A stretch of 64,000 nt of DNA, taken from the NCBI GenBank assembly GCA_963775855.1, contig CAVZKO010000007.1, positions 15,939 to 79,938 of the forward strand. The letters run 5' to 3'. Numbering within the stretch: the stretch's first letter is position 1; the number at the start of each line of letters is the position of its first letter. Position numbers and translations under genes: made by a program. A model generated the notes under the pieces. That model saw only the letters and a list, made by a program, of their open reading frames with translations. It was not told the origin of the DNA and searched no databases. Shown here one piece after another: positions 30,364-39,854 of this stretch. This DNA is from an uncultured Chloroflexia bacterium. GTDB lineage: Bacteria > Chloroflexota > Limnocylindria > Limnocylindrales > CSP1-4.

Positions 30364-31167
30364 TCAGGCCACCGGGAGCTGGACCTCGGTGATGAGATCC
30401 GCGTCGTGTTCGACCAGATAGCCGCGTGGCAGGCGCAGCTCCGGCTCGGCCCCGAACTGGAGGTAGATGATCCGCAGGGGTCCGGTCGGGCGGAGGCCGG
30501 CCGCTTCGACCCATCGCCCGAGCGCGTCTCGACCCTCGCGGACGAGATGGTAAGACCCACGAATGATGACCGTCGCCGCTCGACACGCCGGCAGCCGCCT
30601 GAAGCCAATGCGGCCGATCGGGTTCAGCGGTCCGCTGACCGGCACGAAGATCTCGACAGCGCCATCCGCCGCGATGAACGAACCAGGCGGCCGGTGGGCG
30701 CGCAGGCGAAGGTCGCGGATGAACGCCTCCAGCTCGTAGAACGCCGACCCGATGTCGTCATCGCCTCGGTCGGCCATCGCCAGCGTCGCCACGGTGTCAG
30801 CCGCGAGCGGCCGGACGACGATGTCCGGCTGCTCCGAACCGGCGGAGCTCATCTCGACCCTGATGTCGAGGGTCGCCAGGCGGCGGTCTATCTCACGGCG
30901 CTCGCGCTCGAGCTCCAGCCGCCGTCGGTCGAGGGCCGATCGGAGGTCCGCCCCACCGGAGACGAGCCGGCCGATCTCGGCGAGGCCGATGCCCATGTCA
31001 CGGAGCGACACGATCCGGCGGAGCTCCGGCAGCTGGGCGGGCGAGTAGTAGCGGTAGGCGGTCGTTGGTTCCACCCAGACGGGTCGGAACAGGCCGAGCG
31101 CGTCGTACGCGCGGAGGACCTTCGGGGAGACACCGGCCAGGCGGGCGAACGGTCCGATCGTGAACAT
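30364..31167 (-). CDS. MerR family regulator with GyrI-like effector domain (BmrR-like)
   Basis: FTIGPFARLAGVSPKVLRAYDALGLFRP...YRYYSPAQL; C-terminal RGSY...ITEVQLPV. Confidence 0.92.
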   Translation of the reverse strand: MFTIGPFARLAGVSPKVLRAYDALGLFRPVWVEPTTAYRYYSPAQLPELRRIVSLRDMGIGLAEIGRLVSGGADLRSALDRRRLELERERREIDRRLATLDIRVEMSSAGSEQPDIVVRPLAADTVATLAMADRGDDDIGSAFYELEAFIRDLRLRAHRPPGSFIAADGAVEIFVPVSGPLNPIGRIGFRRLPACRAATVIIRGSYHLVREGRDALGRWVEAAGLRPTGPLRIIYLQFGAEPELRLPRGYLVEHDADLITEVQLPVA

Positions 31168-31173
31168 GCTCGC

Positions 31174-31214
31174 AGAGTACCCCTTGACCTTCCCCCAAGG
31201 TCAAGGTTGAGGAT
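31174..31214. promoter_or_regulatory. MerR operator with overlapping divergent 19-bp-spacer promoters
   Basis: Perfect inverted repeat CCTTGACCTT-N5-AAGGTCAAGG (31182-31206); TTGACC-19-GAGGAT on plus, TTGACC-19-TACTCT on minus. Confidence 0.8.
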
Positions 31215-31239
31215 TGGCCCACCACCCCTGGAGGAACCG

Positions 31240-32091
31240 ATGCGCCCGATCCGGATCGCCGCCCAGCTCCATCCCCAGCAGGGCGACTACGGCGCCCTTC
31301 GGGATGCAGCCGTTCGGGCCGAGGAACTCGGCTACGACATCGTCTACAACTGGGACCATTTCTTCCCGCTCTATGGCAACCGCGACGGCCCGCACCTGGA
31401 GTGCTGGTCGGTCCTCGCGGCCTGGGCGGAGGCCACCGAGCGGATCGAGCTGGGGCCGCTCGTCAGCTGCATCTCGTATCGCAATCCGAATCTCATCGCC
31501 GACATGGCCCGAACAGTCGATCGAATCAGCGACGGCCGGTTCATCCTGGGCCTCGGCGCGGGCTGGTTCCAGCGCGACTACGACGAGTACGGCTATGCAT
31601 TCGGGACCGCCGGAAGCCGGATCGCCGCGCTCGCCGCGGCCGTGCCGGTGATCGAACGCCGGCTGGAACTGCTGAATCCGCCGCCCGTTCGCCGCCCACC
31701 GATCCTCATCGCCGGCCAGGGCGAGCGGCGGACCCTCAGGGTCGTCGCCGAGTACGCCGACGGCTGGCACGCCGGCTTTCCGGACGCACCGGCTGAGCTC
31801 GAGTCCAAGGTGGCGGCTCTCCGCCGCTGGTGCGCCGAGCTCGGGCGCGACCCGGCGGAGATCGAGTGGGGTGTCGGCGTCGAACCGGATGATCTCGATC
31901 GCTTCAGAGTCGAAGACGGGCCGACCTACGTCGAGATGGGGTTCACCCAGTTCACCCTCGGCTTCGGAGGTCCGTCCTGGAACGTCGACGGCGGGCGGGC
32001 ATGGCTTGCGTGGCGCGACGAGCTCAACGAGCGGCGAGTGGCGACGGCCGCTCTGGGCCCCGCGCCGACGTCACGGCGAGGCCCTCGATGA
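31240..32091 (+). CDS. LLM class probable F420-dependent oxidoreductase
   Basis: WDHFFPLYG, ECWSVLAAWAEAT, YRNPNLIADMARTVDRISDGRFILGLGAGW, ILIAGQGERRTL. Confidence 0.9.
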   Translation: MRPIRIAAQLHPQQGDYGALRDAAVRAEELGYDIVYNWDHFFPLYGNRDGPHLECWSVLAAWAEATERIELGPLVSCISYRNPNLIADMARTVDRISDGRFILGLGAGWFQRDYDEYGYAFGTAGSRIAALAAAVPVIERRLELLNPPPVRRPPILIAGQGERRTLRVVAEYADGWHAGFPDAPAELESKVAALRRWCAELGRDPAEIEWGVGVEPDDLDRFRVEDGPTYVEMGFTQFTLGFGGPSWNVDGGRAWLAWRDELNERRVATAALGPAPTSRRGPR

Positions 32092-32629
32092 TCGAGTCGA
32101 TCGCGAACCGGTACGCCTCGTCGACATCACCGCCGAGCCGGAACGCTCCGGCCAGCTCCATGCTGACAAAGCCGTGGGCGAACGCCGTCAGGAGTCGCGC
32201 CGCCTCCAGGGCACGCTTCCGGCCGACGAGGCGCTCGGTCAACAGCAGGAGCCCGGCCGCGGCAGCGGCATTGGCTTCGGGCGTCGGGTTCGCCTCTGGC
32301 AGGAGGTTCGTGAACAGGAGCTGATACGCGCCGGGCGACCGATGGGCGAAGGCCCGGTAGCGATCCGCCAGGACCCGCACAGCCTCGGCCGTATCCTCGA
32401 CTTCGAGGGCCGGGGCGATAACCGCACCGAGCTCCGCTGCAACATCGTCCGCGATCGCCCGGATCAACGCCGGCCGTCCGGCGAAGCGCTTGTAGAGCGA
32501 CGGAGCGCGCACGCCGACCGCGTCGGCGACCGCCTGCATGGTGACGGCCTCGAGCCCTCCTCGTTCGAGGAGGGCTCGACCGGCACCGACGATGGCGTCG
32601 GCAGAGGTTCGGGCGCGGGCGGGACTCAC
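32024..32629 (-). CDS. TetR family regulator (WHG domain)
   Basis: VTMQAVADAVGVRAPSLYKRF; AFAHGFVSMELAGAF; GTGA coupling to the DUF4260 gene. Confidence 0.9.
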   Translation of the reverse strand: MSPARARTSADAIVGAGRALLERGGLEAVTMQAVADAVGVRAPSLYKRFAGRPALIRAIADDVAAELGAVIAPALEVEDTAEAVRVLADRYRAFAHRSPGAYQLLFTNLLPEANPTPEANAAAAAGLLLLTERLVGRKRALEAARLLTAFAHGFVSMELAGAFRLGGDVDEAYRFAIDSIIEGLAVTSARGPERPSPLAAR

Positions 32630-33081
32630 CCGGCCACCGCTTGTCCGGCCGGCTCGCGGCCCTGGACAGCGACCCCGCCGCCGGCCCTTGCCGACTTGCC
32701 GATCCTGCCCAGGTGGGTGTCGCCGAATCCCGATGCAAGCTTCACGCCGTAGCCCGCGGCGCGGTCCATCCCCGTATGGGCGATGAGGATCGTCCCGGCG
32801 AGCGCCAGCGGGATGATGCCGAGCGCCAGCCCAGCAGCCGCGATGGCGAGTCCGAACGCCCAGTTGTGGACGAGGTTGTAGACGAATGCGCCGATGCGCG
32901 GGCCGCCGAGATACCCGGCGATCGCGAGGTCCGGGACGAGCAGCGCCGGGAGGAACCACAGAAATTCGCCACCAAGCTGCCCGAAGGCGACGGCTCCGGC
33001 GACGAGCACGGCGAGGCCCTCGAGGCGGAGCCAGCGACGAGCCTGGGTGTCGATGGTGGACGTGGAGACGGCGGCGGTCAT
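32626..33081 (-). CDS. DUF4260 family membrane protein
   Basis: LRLEGL, PDLAIAGYL.GPRIGA..YNLVH, AHTGMDRAAGYGVK..SGF.DTHLG. Confidence 0.88.
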   Translation of the reverse strand: MTAAVSTSTIDTQARRWLRLEGLAVLVAGAVAFGQLGGEFLWFLPALLVPDLAIAGYLGGPRIGAFVYNLVHNWAFGLAIAAAGLALGIIPLALAGTILIAHTGMDRAAGYGVKLASGFGDTHLGRIGKSARAGGGVAVQGREPAGQAVAG

Positions 33082-33111
33082 GTCGGGTACTCCTGGGCGG
33101 CTGGTTGGTAT

Positions 33112-33150
33112 GGCTACCATACATAGCCTTCATGGCTATTGTCAATAGCC
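33112..33150 (-). promoter_or_regulatory. Tandem GGCTA-N7-TAGCC operators over the DUF4260-tetR promoter
   Basis: GGCTACCATACATAGCC (33112-33128) and GGCTATTGTCAATAGCC (33134-33150) overlap minus-strand TTGACA-18-TATGGT. Confidence 0.75.
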
Positions 33151-33368
33151 TATTTCCAAGCGAACGCTGCTAAACACCGACTAAACACGGCAGATCCGTT
33201 GACACCGGATTGGGACCGTCGCATCCTCTGTAGCTCGGAGCTGAACCGGTTTGGGTGCGCCCCGGGGACGGGGCGACGACGCGGATCCGCAAATTGCCTG
33301 CGGGGCCGTCGCCCAGTCCCTGTCGAGGATTCGACCGTCGGGGCGCATCGGTCCTGGAGGTTCGGTCG

Positions 33369-36300
33369 ATGCCCGCTTTGCCTCGCCAGGCCACCGCCCA
33401 ACGATTCCGTTCGCGCCTTCGAGTGGTCGCCGGATCCGTCCTCCTGCTCGGCGCGCTCATCCCGGCGAGCGGCCCGCTGCCGGCCCTCGCGAGCCACACG
33501 CCTGCCCCGTCTGCCGTGACGATCGCGGGCAGCCTCCAGTCTGAGCTGGGCTGCAGCGACGACTGGCAACCGGCCTGCGTCACGACCCACCTGACGTACG
33601 ACGCGTCGGACGAGGTCTGGCAGGGCACGTTCAGTGTTCCCGCGGGGAGCTGGGAATACAAGGCGCCCCTCAACAATGCGTGGGACGAGAACTACGGCCT
33701 TCACGGCGTCGCCAACGGTCCGAACATCCCGCTCACGCTCGGCGCCCAGACCAGCGTGAAGTTTTACTACGACCACGAGACCCACTGGGTCACCGACAAC
33801 GTCGGCTCCGTCATCGCTGTGGCGCCCGGCAGCTTCCAGAGCGAGCTCGGTTGCCCCGGCGACTGGCAACCCGACTGCCTGCGGTCATGGCTCGAGGACG
33901 TCGACGGCGACGGCACGTACAACTTCGAGACGACTGCCATTCCCGCCGGGGACTACGAAACGAAAGTCGCCCTCAACGAGAGCTGGGACGTGAACTACGG
34001 GGCGGGCGGCGTCCAGGGCGGCCCGAACATCCCGTTCACCGTCCCTGCGGCGGGTTCGACGACGACGTTCAGCTACGACAGCGCCAGCCATGTCCTGACC
34101 GTGAGCAGCGTCGGGCCGGGCGGCCACGCCCACGACAACAACGTCGAGTGGGACGGCCTCCGCCACGATTCGCGCGACACGCTCTACCGGACGCCCGGTG
34201 GGGCGGTTCCGGCCGGAACCGGAGTCATCCTGAGGTTCCGAACCTTCCACGACGACGTTACTGGCGTCGGCGCCAGGATCTTCAGCCTCCGGACCGGAGG
34301 TGCGCAGGTCATTGCGATGAAGCTGGTTGCCTCAGACGTCGGCTGCGCCCAGGCAGCGCTCGCAGGCGACGACTGCGACTACTGGCAGGCGTCGGTGCCG
34401 GGACCGCTCGCCGGCCAGCCCGACAACCTCTGGTACCGCTTCGTCGTGACCGATGGCACGGACACCGACTACTACGGCGACAACACGCCGGCGCTTGACG
34501 GCGGCCTGGGATTGGCCACCGACGACGCGGTCGACCAGAGCTGGGCGCTCATGCAGTACGTGCCGGGCTTCACCGCGCCTTCGTGGGCCAAGGATGCCGT
34601 CATCTATCAGATCTTCCCGGATCGGTTCCGCAACGGCCGCAAGGACAACGACCCGAAGACCGGCGACGTCAGGTACGACGAGCCTGTCATCAAGCTTGGT
34701 TGGGGGACCCTGCCGGAGGGCTATTGCCGGGGCTACGCCGTCCCGGACGCCGCGTGCCCGAACCGCTTCGACCCCGCGGCAGCTGGGCGCGAGGGGCCGC
34801 GGGGCCGAGACTACATGGGCGGAGACCTGAAGGGCGTCGACCAGCAGATCGACTACCTCGCCTCCCTCGGCGTCAACGCGATCTACTTCAACCCGATCTT
34901 CGACGCGGCTTCGAACCACTCGTACGACACCCAGGACTACAAGCACGTCGACCCCTATTTCGGAACCCAAAAGGACTTCGAAAACCTCATCAAGCATGCG
35001 AAGTCCGCGGGCATCCGGGTGATCCTCGACGGGGTCTTCAACCACATGTCGTCGGACAGCCCGCTGTTCGACCGGTATCACCACTACGCCACGGTCGGCG
35101 CGTGCGAGTCGACCAGCTCGCCGTATCGGACGTGGTTCGTGTTCACGGAAGTTGGCGCCGGCAACGGCAAGTGTGCGGGGGCGAACGGGCCTTCGTCGGC
35201 CGACTACGAGGGCTGGTTCGGCTTCGACTCGATCCCCGTCCTGCTCAAGACCCAGGCCGCCGTCCAGGCCTACTTCCTGACCGCGCCGGACAGCGTCGCG
35301 AAGCACTGGATCCTGGCCGGCGCGTCGGGCTGGCGCCTCGACGTCTCCGGTGACCCGTCATTCCCGAACGGCTACTGGGAATCCTTCCGGACGGTCGTCA
35401 AGGCCGCCAATCCCCAGGCCCTGACGATCTCCGAGACGTGGCAGAAGGACTCGACGCTGCTGCGGATGGTCCGCGGCGATCGGCTCGACACGACGATGAA
35501 CTATCGCTTCCGCGACGCGGTCCTCGGCTTCCTTGCGCCCCAGGATTTCGACCCCAAGGGCTTCGCCGACAGCGGTCACGCGATCGAGCCATCGACGTTC
35601 CTGAGCCGGCTCGCATCGGCCCGCGAGGACTACTCCGACGCGACGTATTACTCGCTGATGAACCTCCTCGACAGCCACGACACGGAGCGGCTGCTCTGGA
35701 CGCTGACCCCCGGGCCCGATACGCCGGCGAACAAGGAAGCCAACGCCGCCAGCGTCGCCGCCGGCAAAGCCCGCCTCCGGCTCGCCTCGCTGATCCAGTT
35801 CACTGTCCCGGGAGCCCCCACGATCTACTACGGGGACGAGGTCGGGATGACCGGCGACGACGACCCCGACGACCGGCGGACCTATCCGTGGGCCGACCTC
35901 GGGGGCACGCCCGACACCGCGCTCTTCAGCCACTACCAGTCCCTCGCCGCATTGCGGAGGAGCGTTCCGGCTCTGACCGCCGGCGATTTCCGGGTCCTTC
36001 TCGCCGACGACGCCGCGGATGTCGCGGCCTATGGTCGGAAGACCGGCTCGAGCGCCGCGATCGTCGTCCTCAACCGATCCGCCTCGCCCCAGGCGGTCCA
36101 CGTCCCGACCGCTGGCTACCTCCGCGACGGCGTCTTGTTCAGCCAGCGCATCCCCGCCGGTGGTGCGTCCGCGACGTCGGCCGGCGGCGAGCTCGTCGTG
36201 ACCGTACCCGCGCTCGGCGGCGTCGTCTTCGTCGCCAATGCCTTCCAGGACCTCGTCGGCCCAGCCGCACCGACCGCACTCGTCGCAACCGCGGGGGATG

Positions 36301-37862
36301 GCGTGGTCGACTTGGCCTGGTCCGCGGCCGCGGGCGCCCCGAGCTATCACGTCTATCGCAGCCCGGTCACGGGCGGCGGTTACGAACTCATCGGGACCAC
36401 CTCCACGCCGGCGTACAGCGACACGACCGTTCGCAACGGAACGCGCTACTTCTACGTCGTTCGTGGACTCGACCCCGCGGGCAACGAAGGGGCGTCATCC
36501 AACGAGGCGGCCGCGACGCCGTCCTTCCCGGTCGGCTATGCGGTGTTGCAGTGGCCCAAGGAGACGTCGGTCACTCGCGGCGAGACGACCGAGACGATCT
36601 ACGGCCAGGTGTACGTCGCGGGATTGACTGATACCGGCGCCCCGGCCTCGGCGATCCTCGCCCGCGTCGGCTTCGGTGCCCAGGGCTCGGATCCAGCCGG
36701 CTGGACGACATGGCGAGCGATGACGATCAATGCCGGCTGCGTGTGTGGCAACAACTACGAATACCAGGGCACGCTGCGCCCGGCGCTCGTCGGCGTCTTC
36801 GATCTCCTCGTTCGCTTCTCGACGGACGGCGGGCTCACCTGGACGTACGGCGACCAGGACGGCTTCTTCGAAGGCGAGTCGGGCACCGACTGGCCCGGCG
36901 TCCTGTCCGTCTATCCGAGCGACGACACGACGCCACCAGCGGCGCCAACGGACCTCCACGTGACCGACTGGGCAACCTCGTTCATCGCGCTTGCCTGGAC
37001 GGCCCCGGCCGATCCGGACGTGGCGGAATACGGCATCTATCGGAGCGAGGCCGGCGGCCCGTTCGAGCTCCTCGAGACGATCGCGGCGTCGTCAACGACG
37101 TACCGCGACGAGAGCGTCGCCAGTGGCACGACGTACGGCTACCGCGTGACGGCGATCGATGGCTCGCTCAACGAGTCGGGCCCATCGAACGAGGTCTCGC
37201 AGAAGGCCGAGCCGAAGCTCGTCGACGTCACGTTCCGTGTCCGCGTCCCGGCCTCGACGCCACCCGCCGACACCGTCTTCATCCCCGGCAGCATCGATTT
37301 GCTCGGGCCGTGGGATCCGGCCAAGCAGCCGCTCGTCAACAAGGGCGGCGGGATCTGGGAGGTGACGCTCGCGATCCTCGACGGAACCGCCGTCGAGTAC
37401 AAGTACACCCGCGGAGCATGGGAGCGGGTCGAGTGGTGGGGGTCGATCATCAGCACGGCCAACCGCCACGTGACGATCTCGTACGGCAGCGGCGGGACCC
37501 AGCTCGTTGACGACACGTCGACCGACTGGGGCTCCGGGCCCGACGACCACAAGGCTGTTCAGTACTGGCGCGATCCGCTGGTCGTCACGGCGACGGGTGG
37601 TGCGTCGGGCGCCGTCGTCACGTTCGAGAGGAACATCCAGCCCGAGGCCGCGGACTACTCGACGTCCGTGGTGGTCAAGCTCGGGGCGACGACGATCGCT
37701 GGGAGCGTGGCCGAGTCGAGCGATGGCGTGCTGACCTGGACGCCGTCCTCGGCCCTCGTAGCCGGTACGTACGACGTGACGGTCTTCCACGTGAAGAGCG
37801 ACCTGGGCGGCGACAGCGTCTCGATGCAGGCGCCCTACCTCTTCTCACTCACCGTGCCTTAG
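33369..37862 (+). CDS. Secreted multidomain GH13 amylopullulanase / alpha-amylase (2 x X25-like, GH13, 2 x FN3, CBM20, Ig-like)
   Basis: Signal peptide; repeated GS(L/F)QSELGC..DWQP.C modules; YQIFPDRF, DGVFNH, GWRLDV, ETW, LLDSHD catalytic motifs; FN3 and VTFRVRVP..EYKYTRG CBM20. Confidence 0.93.
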   Translation: MPALPRQATAQRFRSRLRVVAGSVLLLGALIPASGPLPALASHTPAPSAVTIAGSLQSELGCSDDWQPACVTTHLTYDASDEVWQGTFSVPAGSWEYKAPLNNAWDENYGLHGVANGPNIPLTLGAQTSVKFYYDHETHWVTDNVGSVIAVAPGSFQSELGCPGDWQPDCLRSWLEDVDGDGTYNFETTAIPAGDYETKVALNESWDVNYGAGGVQGGPNIPFTVPAAGSTTTFSYDSASHVLTVSSVGPGGHAHDNNVEWDGLRHDSRDTLYRTPGGAVPAGTGVILRFRTFHDDVTGVGARIFSLRTGGAQVIAMKLVASDVGCAQAALAGDDCDYWQASVPGPLAGQPDNLWYRFVVTDGTDTDYYGDNTPALDGGLGLATDDAVDQSWALMQYVPGFTAPSWAKDAVIYQIFPDRFRNGRKDNDPKTGDVRYDEPVIKLGWGTLPEGYCRGYAVPDAACPNRFDPAAAGREGPRGRDYMGGDLKGVDQQIDYLASLGVNAIYFNPIFDAASNHSYDTQDYKHVDPYFGTQKDFENLIKHAKSAGIRVILDGVFNHMSSDSPLFDRYHHYATVGACESTSSPYRTWFVFTEVGAGNGKCAGANGPSSADYEGWFGFDSIPVLLKTQAAVQAYFLTAPDSVAKHWILAGASGWRLDVSGDPSFPNGYWESFRTVVKAANPQALTISETWQKDSTLLRMVRGDRLDTTMNYRFRDAVLGFLAPQDFDPKGFADSGHAIEPSTFLSRLASAREDYSDATYYSLMNLLDSHDTERLLWTLTPGPDTPANKEANAASVAAGKARLRLASLIQFTVPGAPTIYYGDEVGMTGDDDPDDRRTYPWADLGGTPDTALFSHYQSLAALRRSVPALTAGDFRVLLADDAADVAAYGRKTGSSAAIVVLNRSASPQAVHVPTAGYLRDGVLFSQRIPAGGASATSAGGELVVTVPALGGVVFVANAFQDLVGPAAPTALVATAGDGVVDLAWSAAAGAPSYHVYRSPVTGGGYELIGTTSTPAYSDTTVRNGTRYFYVVRGLDPAGNEGASSNEAAATPSFPVGYAVLQWPKETSVTRGETTETIYGQVYVAGLTDTGAPASAILARVGFGAQGSDPAGWTTWRAMTINAGCVCGNNYEYQGTLRPALVGVFDLLVRFSTDGGLTWTYGDQDGFFEGESGTDWPGVLSVYPSDDTTPPAAPTDLHVTDWATSFIALAWTAPADPDVAEYGIYRSEAGGPFELLETIAASSTTYRDESVASGTTYGYRVTAIDGSLNESGPSNEVSQKAEPKLVDVTFRVRVPASTPPADTVFIPGSIDLLGPWDPAKQPLVNKGGGIWEVTLAILDGTAVEYKYTRGAWERVEWWGSIISTANRHVTISYGSGGTQLVDDTSTDWGSGPDDHKAVQYWRDPLVVTATGGASGAVVTFERNIQPEAADYSTSVVVKLGATTIAGSVAESSDGVLTWTPSSALVAGTYDVTVFHVKSDLGGDSVSMQAPYLFSLTVP

Positions 37863-37872
37863 GCACGCGCGC

Positions 37873-39075
37873 TCAGGCCGCCCTGACGCCGGCTTTCCAG
37901 ACGCTCTCGATTCGGTCGGGCAGCGTTTTCACGTCGTAGGGATCGCCGGTCACGACAACGAGGTCGGCGAGCTTGCCCTCCTCGATCGTCCCGAGGTCGG
38001 CGTCCACGCCGAGCAGCTGGGCGGCGCTCCGGGTCGTCGCCTCGAGCGCGGCGGCGGGCGTCATTCCACCCTCGACCATGAGGCTCAACTCGCGGAGATT
38101 GCGGCCATGCGGCGTCACGCCGGAGTCCGTGCCCATGGCGATCCGGACCCCAGCCTCGACCGCGTGCCGGAAGGCGGCCCGGTGGATCTCGATGACCGCT
38201 CGCGCCTTCTCGACCACGAATGCCGGCAGAGGCACGCCGGAATCGGCGGCGTCGATGACGCCCTGGGGTGCGACGAGCGTGGGCACGAACCATGTCCCGC
38301 GCTGCTTCATCAGCTCGATCGCCTCGTCGTCGAGGTAGATGCCGTGGTCGATCGAGCGGATGCCTGCCCGGACGGCGTTCTTGATGCCGTCCGCGCCCTG
38401 GGCGTGGGCCATGACGAAGATCCCCGCAGCGGTCGCCTCCTCGACGATCGTCTCGAGCTCGATCGGACGGAAGTGGGCGTGGCGCGGATCGTCGCGCGGC
38501 GAGAGGACTCCACCGCTCGTCGCCACCTTGATGACGTCGGCCCCCATCCGGACGAGCTCACGGACCTTGCGGCGGGCCTCGTCCGGCCCGTCGATGAGCC
38601 CGGACGGCCGGCCGGGGTGACTGATCATGAGCGGGACCTCCGCCCCGGACGGATACCAATCGTCGCCGTGGCCGCCGGTCTGGGTCAGCATGATCAGCGA
38701 GATCTGCATGCGCGGGCCCAGGAGCAGCCCGTCGTCCACCGCCTCCTTGATCCCGAGGTCGGCGCCGCCGGCGTCCCGGACACTCGTGATCCCGGCCCGG
38801 AGCGTGGCCCCGAGGTTCCGGCCGGCCTCGTAGAACTGCCGCGAGAACGGCTGCTGGACGGCCGCCCACAGGTCGACATCGCTGACCGTGACGTGGACGT
38901 GGCAATCGAACAGTCCCGGCAGGATCGTCCGGCCCTCGACGTCCACCGCCTCGTCCCCATCCAGACCAGAGCCGACTCCCACGATCCGGCCGTCCTCGAC
39001 GGCGACGTCGCCATCGGCCGGTTCGGCGCCCGTACCGTCGAACAGCCGCCCGCCCTTGAACACGGTTCGGGTCAT
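37873..39075 (-). CDS. Metal-dependent amidohydrolase (prolidase-like subgroup)
   Basis: PGLFDCHVH, GITSVRDAGG, IKVATSGG, MAHAQG, IDHG, MGTDSG, GKLADLVVV. Confidence 0.92.
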   Translation of the reverse strand: MTRTVFKGGRLFDGTGAEPADGDVAVEDGRIVGVGSGLDGDEAVDVEGRTILPGLFDCHVHVTVSDVDLWAAVQQPFSRQFYEAGRNLGATLRAGITSVRDAGGADLGIKEAVDDGLLLGPRMQISLIMLTQTGGHGDDWYPSGAEVPLMISHPGRPSGLIDGPDEARRKVRELVRMGADVIKVATSGGVLSPRDDPRHAHFRPIELETIVEEATAAGIFVMAHAQGADGIKNAVRAGIRSIDHGIYLDDEAIELMKQRGTWFVPTLVAPQGVIDAADSGVPLPAFVVEKARAVIEIHRAAFRHAVEAGVRIAMGTDSGVTPHGRNLRELSLMVEGGMTPAAALEATTRSAAQLLGVDADLGTIEEGKLADLVVVTGDPYDVKTLPDRIESVWKAGVRAA

Positions 39076-39854
39076 TGGTCTCCTCCGGTTGTCAACGTCG
39101 CCCGGAACAGGTCCGTTCCCCCGCTTGCGGACAGCCGGTACGACCACGTCCGGCCGTCGTCGTCCGGCCAGGCGGCGGCGTCGAGGACCGCGCCCGCGTC
39201 GGCCGCCGCGGCGTATTCGAGGCGATAGCGGCGGGGCAGCGCCGCAAGCTCGGTGGGCGTGCCCCCGGCCGCGAGGACGGCCTCCTCGAGCCAGTCGAGG
39301 TAGACGGCGTTGTTGGCGTGATCCATCGGGTCGAGCTCGTGCGGCCGGACCGCGAACCGTCGCGTCGGCGTGCCCTCGGGAGTCGGCGGGAGAGGGACCC
39401 GCGCCATCAGGGCGGTCGACTCCGGGATCTTGAACTCCTCCGCGAAGATCGCCGGGATCCGGGTGAGCCCGCCCCGGCCGTCGATCATGACCCAGTCCGT
39501 GTGGACCCAACCCGCGAGGCTGCCGTCGGGCAGGATGAATTCGCCTCGACGACGAGCCCAGACGCGGCGTTGGCCGACGACGGCTGTTCGCGACAGCAGG
39601 GTCGTACCCAACGGGACCGGGGCGAGGACCTCCAGCTCGGCGGCCCGGACGAGCCACGTCAACTCGCGCTGGGTGTACCAGTCGCGATCGAAGCCGCGCG
39701 CCGTCGAGTGGAGCCAGGCGACGTCCTGCGCGTAGCGGAGCAGGCCGGACGTTCGGAGCAGACCGTCGGGCCCGGCCTCGTCGAACCGGACGCGGTAGGT
39801 CGCCTCGTGGAGGAGGATCTCGGAGGCGGTCTCGGTCAGCGGCTGCCCGGTCAC
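39072..39854 (-). CDS. Acyl-ACP thioesterase family (double hotdog) protein
   Basis: YRVRFDEAGPDG...LRYAQDVAWLHS; ELDPMDHANNAVYLDWLEE; GTG at 39854 overlaps the upstream stop. Confidence 0.85.
   Translation of the reverse strand: MTGQPLTETASEILLHEATYRVRFDEAGPDGLLRTSGLLRYAQDVAWLHSTARGFDRDWYTQRELTWLVRAAELEVLAPVPLGTTLLSRTAVVGQRRVWARRRGEFILPDGSLAGWVHTDWVMIDGRGGLTRIPAIFAEEFKIPESTALMARVPLPPTPEGTPTRRFAVRPHELDPMDHANNAVYLDWLEEAVLAAGGTPTELAALPRRYRLEYAAAADAGAVLDAAAWPDDDGRTWSYRLSASGGTDLFRATLTTGGDQ

Noticed and set aside
33500-34110. Repeated GSxQSELGC modules as a DNA repeat array
   Set aside because: Tandem X25-like protein domains within the amylopullulanase, not a CRISPR or mobile repeat
36364-36393. 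Additional CGATGAGTT match on the minus strand
   Set aside because: Inside a CDS and lacks GTC at the 18-nt spacing
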